Positions 10,527 through 23,206 of a stretch of DNA of 64,000 bases are shown piece by piece (position 1 is the stretch's first letter; every line of letters begins with the position of its first letter). Location: positions 22,568,001 to 22,632,000 of the forward strand of contig OZ059895.1 in the NCBI GenBank assembly GCA_964057225.1, given 5' to 3'. The DNA is from Auanema rhodensis. Its lineage: Eukaryota; Animalia; Nematoda. The notes beneath the pieces are model-generated. The model was not told the origin of the DNA, searched no databases, and saw nothing but the letters and a program-made list of their open reading frames with translations. The position numbers and the translations under genes are program-made.

Positions 10527-13500
10527 CATACACTAATGCATCATTTTTCAAACGATCATAACTAATTTTTGTATTGAGCGTTTCTCAATGTAGTATAGTG
10601 CATTCGATGCGGATTTTTAAGCTGCGTCGATCTGTGTTATCAGATTTGCGCTAGCTTAAAAATGCACCAAGATATCAACTGATATAAGTTCACACTTATA
10701 TCCTCGATTTTCACCCTGAAGAATTAATTTTTTCGTTGAATAACATTGTCCATCGTCTTTGCCTTGAAAAAAAAAATCTGAAAACATCTACTTTTTGCTA
10801 AATTATTTTGAAATTTTTCGAAAAAATTTTTGTCAAAATGTTTTTGGAAGCAATGTTGAGTGTACATGGAAACTCAACATACACTAATGCATCATTTTGC
10901 AAACGATCATAACTAATTTCTGTATTGAGCGTTTCTCAATGTAGTATAGTGCATTCGATGCGGATTTTTAAGCTGCGTCGATCTGTGTTATCAGATTTGC
11001 GCTAGCTTAAAAATGCACCGAGATATCAACTGATATAAGTTCACACTTATATCCTCGATTTTCACCCTGAAGAATTAATTTTTTCGTTGAATAACATTGT
11101 CCATCGTCTTTGCCTTGAAAAAAAAAATCTGAAAACATCTACTTTTTGCTAAATTATTTTGAAATTTTTCGAAAAAATTTTTGTCAAAATGTTTTTGGAA
11201 GCAATGTTGAGTGTACATGGAAACTCAACATACACTAATGCATCATTTTGCAAACGATCATAACTAATTTCTGTATTGAGCGTTTCTCAATGTAGTATAG
11301 TGCATTCGATGCGGATTTTTAAGCTGCGTCGATCTGTGTTATCAGATTTGCGCTAGCTTAAAAATGCACCAAGATATCAACTGATATAAGTTCACACTTA
11401 TATCCTCGATTTTCACCCTGAAGAATTAATTTTTTCGTTGAATAACAATGTCCATCGTCTTTGCCTTGAAAAAAGAAATCTAAAAACATATACTTTTTGC
11501 TAAATTATTTTGAAATTTTTCGAAAAAATTTTTGTCAAAATGTTTTTGGAAGCAATGTTGAGTGTACATGGAAACTCAACATACACTAATGCATCATTTT
11601 TCAAACGATCATAACTAATTTTTGTATTGAGCGTTTCTCAATGTAGTATAGTGCATTCGATGCGGATTTTTAAGCTGCGTCGATCTGGGTTATCAGATTT
11701 GCGCTAGCTTAAAAATGCACCAAGATATCAACTGATATAAGTTCACACTTATATCCTCGATTTTCACCCTGAAGAATTAATTTTTTCGTTGAATAACATT
11801 GTCCATCGTCTTTGCCTTGAAAAAAAAAATCTGAAAACATCTACTTTTTGCTAAATTATTTTGAAATTTTTCGAAAAAATTTTTGTCAAAATGTTTTTGG
11901 AAGCAATGTTGAGTGTACATGGAAACTCAACATACACTAATGCATCATTTTGCAAACGATCATAACTAATTTCTGTATTGAGCGTTTCTCAATGTAGTAT
12001 AGTGCATTCGATGCGGATTTTTAAGCTGCGTCGATCTGTGTTTTCAGATTTGCGCTAGCTTAAAAATGCACCGAGATATCAACTGATATAAGTTCACACT
12101 TACATCCTCGATTTTCACCCTGAAGAATTAATTTTTCCGTTGAATAACATTGTCCATCGTCTTTGCCTTGAAAAAAAAAATCTGAAAACATCTACTTTTT
12201 GCTAAATTATTTTGAAATTTTTCGAAAAAATTTTTGTCAAAATGTTTTTGGAAGCAATGTTGAGTGTACATGGAAACTCAACATACACTAATGCATCATT
12301 TTGCAAACGATCATAACTAATTTCTGTATTGAGCGTTTCTCAATGTAGTATAGTGCATTCGATGCGGATTTTTAAGCTGCGTCGATCTGTGTTTTCAGAT
12401 TTGCGCTAGCTTAAAAATGCACCGAGATATCAACTGATATAAGTTCACACTTACATCCTCGATTTTCACCCTGAAGAATTAATTTTTCCGTTGAATAACA
12501 TTGTCCATCGTCTTTGCCTTGAAAAAAAAAATCTGAAAACATCTACTTTTTGCTAAATTATTTTGAAATTTTTCGAAAAAATTTTTGTCAAAATGTTTTT
12601 GGAAGCAATGTTGAGTGTACATGGAAACTCAACATACACTAATGCATCATTTTGCAAACGATCATAACTAATTTCTGTATTGAGCGTTTCTCAATGTAGT
12701 ATAGTGCATTCGATGCGGATTTTTAAGCTGCGTCGATCTGTGTTATCAGATTTGCGCTAGCTTAAAAATGCACCGAGATATCAACTGATATAAGTTCACA
12801 CTTATATCCTCGATTTTCACCCTGAAGAATTAATTTTTTCGTTGAATAACAATGTCCATCGTCTTTGCCTTGAAAAAAAAATCTGAAAACATCTACTTTT
12901 TGCTAAATTATTTTGAAATTTTTCGAAAAAATTTTTGTCAAAATGTTTTTGGAAGCAATGTTGAGTGTACATGGAAACTCAACATACACTAATGCATCAT
13001 TTTTCAAACGATCATAACTAATTTTTGTATTGAGCGTTTCTCAATGTAGTATAGTGCATTCGATGCGGATTTTTAAGCTGCGTCGATCTGTGTTATCAGA
13101 TTTGCGCTAGCTTAAAAATGCACCAAGATATCAACTGATATAAGTTCACACTTATATCCTCGATTTTCACCCTGAAGAATTAATTTTTTCGTTGAATAAC
13201 AATGTCCATCGTCTTTGCCTTGAAAAAAGAAATCTAAAAACATATACTTTTTGCTAAATTATTTTGAAATTTTTCGAAAAAATTTTTGTCAAAATGTTTT
13301 TGGAAGCAATGTTGAGTGTACATGGAAACTCAACATACACTAATGCATCATTTTTCAAACGATCATAACTAATTTTTGTATTGAGCGTTTCTCAATGTAG
13401 TATAGTGCATTCGATGCGGATTTTTAAGCTGCGTCGATCTGTGTTATCAGATTTGCGCTAGCTTAAAAATGCACCGAGATATCAACTGATATAAGTTCAC

Positions 13501-16500
13501 ACTTATATCCTCGATTTTCACCCTGAAGAATTAATTTTTTCGTTGAATAACAATGTCCATCGTCTTTGCCTTGAAAAAAAAAATCTGAAAACATCTACTT
13601 TTTGCTAAATTATTTTGAAATTTTTCGAAAAAATTTTTGTCAAAATGTTTTTGGAAGCAATGTTGAGTGTACATGGAAACTCAACATACACTAATGCATC
13701 ATTTTTCAAACGATCATAACTAATTTTTGTATTGAGCGTTTCTCAATGTAGTATAGTGCATTCGATGCGGATTTTTAAGCTGCGTCGATCTGTGTTATCA
13801 GATTTGCGCTAGCTTAAAAATGCACCAAGATATCAACTGATATAAGTTCACACTTATATCCTCGATTTTCACCCTGAAGAATTAATTTTTTCGTTGAATA
13901 ACATTGTCCATCGTCTTTGCCTTGAAAAAAAAAATCTGAAAACATCTACTTTTTGCTAAATTATTTTGAAATTTTTCGAAAAAATTTTTGTCAAAATGTT
14001 TTTGGAAGCAATGTTGAGTGTACATGGAAACTCAACATACACTAATGCATCATTTTGCAAACGATCATAACTAATTTCTGTATTGAGCGTTTCTCAATGT
14101 AGTATAGTGCATTCGATGCGGATTTTTAAGCTGCGCCGATCTGTGTTTTCAGATTTGCGCTAGCTTAAAAATGCACCGAGATATCAACTGATATAAGTTC
14201 ACACTTACATCCTCGATTTTCACCCTGAAGAATTAATTTTTCCGTTGAATAACATTGTCCATCGTCTTTGCCTTGAAAAAAAAAATCTGAAAACATCTAC
14301 TTTTTGCTAAATTATTTTGAAATTTTTCGAAAAAATTTTTGTCAAAATGTTTTTGGAAGCAATGTTGAGTGTACATGGAAACTCAACATACACTAATGCA
14401 TCATTTTGCAAACGATCATAACTAATTTCTGTATTGAGCGTTTCTCAATGTAGTATAGTGCATTCGATGCGGATTTTTAAGCTGCGTCGATCTGTGTTAT
14501 CAGATTTGCGCTAGCTTAAAAATGCACCAAGATATCAACTGATATAAGTTCACACTTATATCCTCGATTTTCACCCTGAAGAATTAATTTTTTCGTTGAA
14601 TAACAATGTCCATCGTCTTTGCCTTGAAAAAAGGAATCTAAAAACATATACTTTTTGCTAAATTATTTTGAAATTTTTCGAAAAAATTTTTGTCAAAATG
14701 TTTTTGGAAGCAATGTTGAGTGTACATGGAAACTCAACATACACTAATGCATCATTTTGCAAACGATCATAACTAATTTCTGTATTGAGCGTTTCTCAAT
14801 GTAGTATAGTGCATTCGATGCGGATTTTTAAGCTGCGTCGATCTGTGTTATCAGATTTGCGCTAGCTTAAAAATGCACCGAGATATCAACTGATATAAGT
14901 TCACACTTATATCCTCGATTTTCACCCTGAAGAATTAATTTTTTCGTTGAATAACAATGTCCATCGTCTTTGCCTTGAAAAAAAAAATCTGAAAACATCT
15001 ACTTTTTGCTAAATTATTTTGAAATTTTTCGAAAAAATTTTTGTCAAAATGTTTTTGGAAGCAATGTTGAGTGTACATGGAAACTCAACATACACTAATG
15101 CATCATTTTTCAAACGATCATAACTAATTTTTGTATTGAGCGTTTCTCAATGTAGTATAGTGCATTCGATGCGGATTTTTAAGCTGCGTCGATCTGTGTT
15201 ATCAGATTTGCGCTAGCTTAAAAATGCACCAAGATATCAACTGATATAAGTTTACACTTATATCCTCGATTTTCACCCTGAAGAATTAATTTTTTCGTTG
15301 AATAACAATGTCCATCGTCTTTGCCTTGAAAAAAGGAATCTAAAAACATATACTTTTTGCTAAATTATTTTGAAATTTTTCGAAAAAATTTTTGTCAAAA
15401 TGTTTTTGGAAGCAATGTTGAGTGTACATGGAAACTCAACATACACTAATGCATCATTTTTCAAACGATCATAACTAATTTTTGTATTGAGCGTTTCTCA
15501 ATGTAGTATAGTGCATTCGATGCGGATTTTTAAGCTGCGTCGATCTGTGTTATCAGATTTGCGCTAGCTTAAAAATGCACCAAGATATCAACTGATATAA
15601 GTTCACACTTATATCCTCGATTTTCACCCTGAAGAATTAATTTTTTCGTTGAATAACATTGTCCATCGTCTTTGCCTTGAAAAAAAAAATCTGAAAACAT
15701 CTACTTTTTGCTAAATTATTTTGAAATTTTTCGAAAAAATTTTTGTCAAAATGTTTTTGGAAGCAATGTTGAGTGTACATGGAAACTCAACATACACTAA
15801 TGCATCATTTTGCAAACGATCATAACTAATTTCTGTATTGAGCGTTTCTCAATGTAGTATAGTGCATTCGATGCGGATTTTTAAGCTGCGTCGATCTGTG
15901 TTTTCAGATTTGCGCTAGCTTAAAAATGCACCGAGATATCAACTGATATAAGTTCACACTTACATCCTCGATTTTCACCCTGAAGAATTAATTTTTCCGT
16001 TGAATAACATTGTCCATCGTCTTTGCCTTGAAAAAAAAATCTGAAAACATCTACTTTTTGCTAAATTATTTTGAAATTTTTCGAAAAAATTTTTGTCAAA
16101 ATGTTTTTGGAAGCAATGTTGAGTGTACATGGAAACTCAACATACACTAATGCATCATTTTTCAAACGATCATAACTAATTTTTGTATTGAGCGTTTCTC
16201 AATGTAGTATAGTGCATTCGATGCGGATTTTTAAGCTGCGTCGATCTGTGTTATCAGATTTGCGCTAGCTTAAAAATGCACCAAGATATCAACTGATATA
16301 AGTTCACACTTATATCCTCGATTTTCACCCTGAAGAATTAATTTTTTCGTTGAATAACAATGTCCATCGTCTTTGCCTTGAAAAAAGGAATCTAAAAACA
16401 TCTACTTTTTGCTAAATTATTTTGAAATTTTTCGAAAAAATTTTTGTCAAAATGTTTTTGGAAGCAATGTTGAGTGTACATGGAAACTCAACATACACTA

Positions 16501-18912
16501 ATGCATCATTTTTCAAACGATCATAACTAATTTATGTATTGAGCGTTTCTCAATGTAGTATAGTGCATTCGATGCGGATTTTTAAGCTGCGTCGATCTGT
16601 GTTATCAGATTTGCGCTAGCTTAAAAATGCACCGAGATATCAACTGATATAAGTTCACACTTATATCCTCGATTTTCACCCTGAAGAATTAATTTTTTCG
16701 TTGAATAACCTTGTCCATCGTCTTTGCCTTGAAAAAAAAAATCTGAAAACATCTACTTTTTGCTAAATTATTTTGAAATTTTTCGAAAAAATTTTTGTCA
16801 AAATGTTTTTGGAAGCAATGTTGAGTGTACATGGAAACTCAACATACACTAATGCATCATTTTTCAAACGATCATAACTAATTTTTGTATTAAGCGTTTC
16901 TCAATGTAGTATAGTGCATTCGATGCGGATTTTTAAGCTGCGTCGATCTGTGTTATCAGATTTGCGCTAGCTTAAAAATGCACCGAGATATCAACTGATA
17001 TAAGTTCACACTTATATCCTCGATTTTCACCCTGAAGAATTAATTTTTTCGTTGAATAACCTTGTCCATCGTCTTTGCCTTGAAAAAAAAAATCTGAAAA
17101 CATCTACTTTTTGCTAAATTATTTTGAAATTTTTCGAAAAAATTTTTGTCAAAATGTTTTTGGAAGCAATGTTGAGTGTACATGGAAACTCAACATACAC
17201 TAATGCATCATTTTGCAAACGATCATAACTAATTTTTGTATTAAGCGTTTCTCAATGTAGTATAGTGCATTCGATGCGGATTTTTAAGCTGCGTCGATCT
17301 GTGTTATCAGATTTGCGCTAGCTTAAAAATGCACCGAGATATCAACTGATATAAGTTCACACTTATATCCTCAATTTTCACCCTGAAGAATTAATTTTTT
17401 CGTTGAATAACATTGTCCATCGTCTTTGCCTTGAAAAAAGGAATCTAAAAACATCTACTTTTTGCTAAATTATTTTGAAATTTTTCGAAAAAATTTTTGT
17501 CAAAATGTTTTTGGAAGCAATGTTGAGTGTACATGGAAACTCAACATACACTAATGCATCATTTTTCAAACGATCATAACTAATTTTTGTATTGAGCGTT
17601 TCTCAATGTAGTATAGTGCATTCGATGCGGATTTTTAAGCTGCGTCGATCTGTGTTATCAGATTTGCGCTAGCTTAAAAATGCACCGAGATATCAACTGA
17701 TATAAGTTCACACTTATATCCTCGATTTTCACCCTGAAGAATTAATTTTTTCGTTGAATAACATTGTCCATCGTCTTTGCCATGAAAAAAGGAATCTAAA
17801 AACATCTACGTTTTGCTAAATTATTTTGAAATTTTTCGAAAAAATTTTTGTCAAAATGTTTTTGGAAGCAATGTTGAGTGTACATGGAAACTCAACATAC
17901 ACTAATGCATCATTTTTCAAACGATCATAACTAATTTTTGTATTAAGCGTTTCTCAATGTAGTATAGTGCATTCGATGCGGATTTTTAAGCTGCGTCGAT
18001 CTGTGTTATCAGATTTGCGCTAGCTTAAAAATGCACCGAGATATCAACTGATATAAGTTCACACTTATATCCTCGATTTTCACCCTGAAGAATTAATTTT
18101 TTCGTTGAATAACATTGTCCATCGTCTTTGCCATGAAAAAAGGAATCTAAAAACATCTACTTTTTGCTAAATTATTTTGAAATTTTTCGAAAAAATTTTT
18201 GTCAAAATGTTTTTGGAAGCAATGTTGAGTGTACATGGAAACTCAACATACACTAATGCATCATTTTTCAAACGATCATAACTAATTTTTGTTTTGAGCG
18301 TTTCTCAATGTAGTATAGTGCATTCGATGCGGATTTTTAAGCTGCGTCGATCTGTGTTATCAGATTTGCGCTAGCTTAAAAATGCACCGAGATATCAACT
18401 GATATAAGTTCACACTTATATCCTCGATTTTCACCCTGAAGAATTAATTTTTTCGTTGAATAACATTGTCCATCGTCTTTGCCATGAAAAAAGGAATCTA
18501 AAAACATCTACTTTTTGCTAAATTATTTTGAAATTTTTCGAAAAAATTTTTGTCAAAATGTTTTTGGAAGCAATGTTGAGTGTACATGGAAACTCAACAT
18601 ACACTAATGCATCATTTTTCAAACGATCATAACTAATTTTTGTATTGAGCGTTTCTCAATGTAGTATAGTGCATTCGATGCGGATTTTTAAGCTGCGTCG
18701 ATCTGTGTTATCAGATTTGCGCTAGCTTAAAAATGCACCGAGATATCAACTGATATAAGTTCACACTTACATCCTCGATTTTCACCCTGAAGAATTAATT
18801 TTTCCGTTGAATAACATTGTCCATCGTCTTTGCCTTGAAAAAAGGAATCTAAAAACATCTACTTTTTGCTAAATTATTTTGAAATTTTTCGAAAAAATTT
18901 TTGTCAAAATGT

Positions 18913-18958
18913 TTTTGGAAGCAATGTTGAGTGTATTTTGGAAGCAATGTTGAGTGTA
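18913..18958 (+). repeat. 23-bp tandem duplication TTTTGGAAGCAATGTTGAGTGTA within a monomer (374-bp variant)
   Basis: Copies at 18913-18935 and 18936-18958. Confidence 0.97.
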
Positions 18959-21392
18959 CATGGAAACTCAACATACACTAATGCATCATTTTTCAAACGA
19001 TCATAACTAATTTTTGTATCAAGCGTTTCTCAATGTAGTATAGTGCATTCGATGCGGATTTTTAAGCTGCGTCGATCTGTGTTATCAGATTTGCGCTAGC
19101 TTAAAAATGCACCGAGATATCAACTGATATAAGTTCACACTTACATCCTCGATTTTCACCCTGAAGAATTAATTTTTCCGTTGAATAACATTGTCCATCG
19201 TCTTTGCCTTGAAAAAAAAAATCTGAAAACATCTACTTTTTGCTAAATTATTTTGAAATTTTTCGAAAAAATTTTTGTCAAAATGTTTTTGGAAGCAATG
19301 TTGAGTGTACATGGAAACTCAACATACACTAATGCATCATTTTTCAAACGATCATAACTAATTTTTGTATTAAGCGTTTCTCAATGTAGTATAGTGCATT
19401 CGATGCGGATTTTTAAGCTGCGTCGATCTGTGTTATCAGATTTGCGCTAGCTTAAAAATGCACCGAGATATCAACTGATATAAGTTCACACTTATATCCT
19501 CGATTTTCACCCTGAAGAATTAATTTTTTCGTTGAATAACCTTGTCCATCGTCTTTGCCTTGAAAAAAAAAATCTGAAAACATCTACTTTTTGCTAAATT
19601 ATTTTGAAATTTTTCGAAAAAATTTTTGTCAAAATGTTTTTGGAAGCAATGTTGAGTGTACATGGAAACTCAACATACACTAATGCATCATTTTGCAAAC
19701 GATCATAACTAATTTTTGTATTAAGCGTTTCTCAATGTAGTATAGTGCATTCGATGCGGATTTTTAAGCTGCGTCGATCTGTGTTATCAGATTTGCGCTA
19801 GCTTAAAAATGCACCGAGATATCAACTGATATAAGTTCACACTTATATCCTCAATTTTCACCCTGAAGAATTAATTTTTTCGTTGAATAACATTGTCCAT
19901 CGTCTTTGCCTTGAAAAAAGGAATCTAAAAACATCTACTTTTTGCTAAATTATTTTGAAATTTTTCGAAAAAATTTTTGTCAAAATGTTTTTGGAAGCAA
20001 TGTTGAGTGTACATGGAAACTCAACATACACTAATGCATCATTTTTCAAACGATCATAACTAATTTTTGTATTGAGCGTTTCTCAATGTAGTATAGTGCA
20101 TTCGATGCGGATTTTTAAGCTGCGTCGATCTGTGTTATCAGATTTGCGCTAGCTTAAAAATGCACCGAGATATCAACTGATATAAGTTCACACTTATATC
20201 CTCGATTTTCACCCTGAAGAATTAATTTTTTCGTTGAATAACATTGTCCATCGTCTTTGCCATGAAAAAAGGAATCTAAAAACATCTACTTTTTGCTAAA
20301 TTATTTTGAAATTTTTCGAAAAAATTTTTGTCAAAATGTTTTTGGAAGCAATGTTGAGTGTACATGGAAACTCAACATACACTAATGCATCATTTTTCAA
20401 ACGATCATAACTAATTTTTGTATTAAGCGTTTCTCAATGTAGTATAGTGCATTCGATGCGGATTTTTAAGCTGCGTCGATCTGTGTTATCAGATTTGCGC
20501 TAGCTTAAAAATGCACCGAGATATCAACTGATATAAGTTCACACTTATATCCTCGATTTTCACCCTGAAGAATTAATTTTTTCGTTGAATAACATTGTCC
20601 ATCGTCTTTGCCATGAAAAAAGGAATCTAAAAACATCTACTTTTTGCTAAATTATTTTGAAATTTTTCGAAAAAATTTTTGTCAAAATGTTTTTGGAAGC
20701 AATGTTGAGTGTACATGGAAACTCAACATACACTAATGCATCATTTTTCAAACGATCATAACTAATTTTTGTTTTGAGCGTTTCTCAATGTAGTATAGTG
20801 CATTCGATGCGGATTTTTAAGCTGCGTCGATCTGTGTTATCAGATTTGCGCTAGCTTAAAAATGCACCGAGATATCAACTGATATAAGTTCACACTTATA
20901 TCCTCGATTTTCACCCTGAAGAATTAATTTTTTCGTTGAATAACATTGTCCATCGTCTTTGCCATGAAAAAAGGAATCTAAAAACATCTACTTTTTGCTA
21001 AATTATTTTGAAATTTTTCGAAAAAATTTTTGTCAAAATGTTTTTGGAAGCAATGTTGAGTGTACATGGAAACTCAACATACACTAATGCATCATTTTTC
21101 AAACGATCATAACTAATTTTTGTATTGAGCGTTTCTCAATGTAGTATAGTGCATTCGATGCGGATTTTTAAGCTGCGTCGATCTGTGTTATCAGATTTGC
21201 GCTAGCTTAAAAATGCACCGAGATATCAACTGATATAAGTTCACACTTACATCCTCGATTTTCACCCTGAAGAATTAATTTTTCCGTTGAATAACATTGT
21301 CCATCGTCTTTGCCTTGAAAAAAGGAATCTAAAAACATCTACTTTTTGCTAAATTATTTTGAAATTTTTCGAAAAAATTTTTGTCAAAATGT

Positions 21393-21438
21393 TTTTGGAA
21401 GCAATGTTGAGTGTATTTTGGAAGCAATGTTGAGTGTA
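21393..21438 (+). repeat. Second copy of the 23-bp tandem duplication (374-bp monomer)
   Basis: Copies at 21393-21415 and 21416-21438. Confidence 0.97.
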
Positions 21439-23206
21439 CATGGAAACTCAACATACACTAATGCATCATTTTTCAAACGATCATAACTAATTTTTGTATC
21501 AAGCGTTTCTCAATGTAGTATAGTGCATTCGATGCGGATTTTTAAGCTGCGTCGATCTGTGTTATCAGATTTGCGCTAGCTTAAAAATGCACCGAGATAT
21601 CAACTGATATAAGTTCACACTTACATCCTCGATTTTCACCCTGAAGAATTAATTTTTCCGTTGAATAACATTGTCCATCGTCTTTGCCTTGAAAAAAAAA
21701 ATCTGAAAACATCTACTTTTTGCTAAATTATTTTGAAATTTTTCGAAAAAATTTTTGTCAAAATGTTTTTGGAAGCAATGTTGAGTGTACATGGAAACTC
21801 AACATACACTAATGCATCATTTTTCAAACGATCATAACTAATTTTTGTATTAAGCGTTTCTCAATGTAGTATAGTGCATTCGATGCGGATTTTTAAGCTG
21901 CGTCGATCTGTGTTATCAGATTTGCGCTAGCTTAAAAATGCACCGAGATATCAACTGATATAAGTTCACACTTATATCCTCAATTTTCACCCTGAAGAAT
22001 TAATTTTTTCGTTGAATAACATTGTCCATCGTCTTTGCCTTGAAAAAAAAAATCTGAAAACAACTACTTTTTGCTAAATTATTTTGAAATTTTTCGAAAA
22101 AATTTTTGTCAAAATGTTTTTGGAAGCAATGTTGAGTGTACATGGAAACTCAACATACACTAATGCATCATTTTTCAAACGATCATAACTAATTTTTGTA
22201 TCAAGCGTTTTTCAATGTAGTATAGTGCATTCGATGCGGATTTTTAAGCTGCGTCGATCTGTGTTATCAGATTTGCGCTAGCTTAAAAATGCACCGAGAT
22301 ATCAACTGATATAAGTTCACACTTATATCCTCGATTTTCACCCTGAAGAATTAATTTTTTCGTTGAATAACATTGTCCATCGTCTTTGCCTTGAAAAAAG
22401 GAATCTAAAAACATTAACTTTTTGCTAAATTATTTTGAAATTTTTCGAAAAAATTTTTGTCAAAATGTTTTTGGAAACAATGTTGAGTGTACATGGAAAC
22501 TCAACATACACTAATGCATCATTTTTCAAACGATCATAACTAATTTTTGTATTAAGCGTTTCTCAATGTAGTATAGTGCATTCGATGCGGATTTTTAAGC
22601 TGCGTCGATCTGTGTTATCAGATTTGCGCTAGCTTAAAAATGCACCGAGATATCAACTGATATAAGTTCACACTTATATCCTCAATTTTCACCCCGAAGA
22701 ATTAATTTTTTCGTTGAATAACATTGTCCATCGTCTTTGCCTTGAAAAAAAAAATCTGAAAACATCTACTTTTTGCTAAATTATTTTGAAATTTTTCGAA
22801 AAAATTTTTGTCAAAATGTTTTTGGAAGCAATGTTGAGTGTACATGGAAACTCAACATACACTAATGCATCATTTTTCAAACGATCATAACTAATTTTTG
22901 TATTAAGCGTTTCTCAATGTAGTATAGTGCATTCGATGCGGATTTTTAAGCTGCGTCGATCTGTGTTATCAGATTTGCGCTAGCTTAAAAATGCACCGAG
23001 ATATCAACTGATATAAGTTCACACTTATATCCTCGATTTTCACCCTGAAGAATTAATTTTTTCGTTGAATAACATTGTCCATCGTCTTTGCCATGAAAAA
23101 AGGAATCTAAAAACATCTACTTTTTGCTAAATTATTTTGAAATTTTTCGAAAAAATTTTTGTCAAAATGTTTTTGGAAGCAATGTTGAGTGTACATGGAA
23201 ACTCAA

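Larger units (their letters stand above)
16711..21981. repeat. 7-monomer tandem duplication, period 2480 bp
   Basis: The 23-bp insertion recurs at exactly 2480 bp (7x351+23). Monomer variants from 16843 match those from 19323 in order, and I saw one mismatch (17810 G vs 20290 T). Confidence 0.93.
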
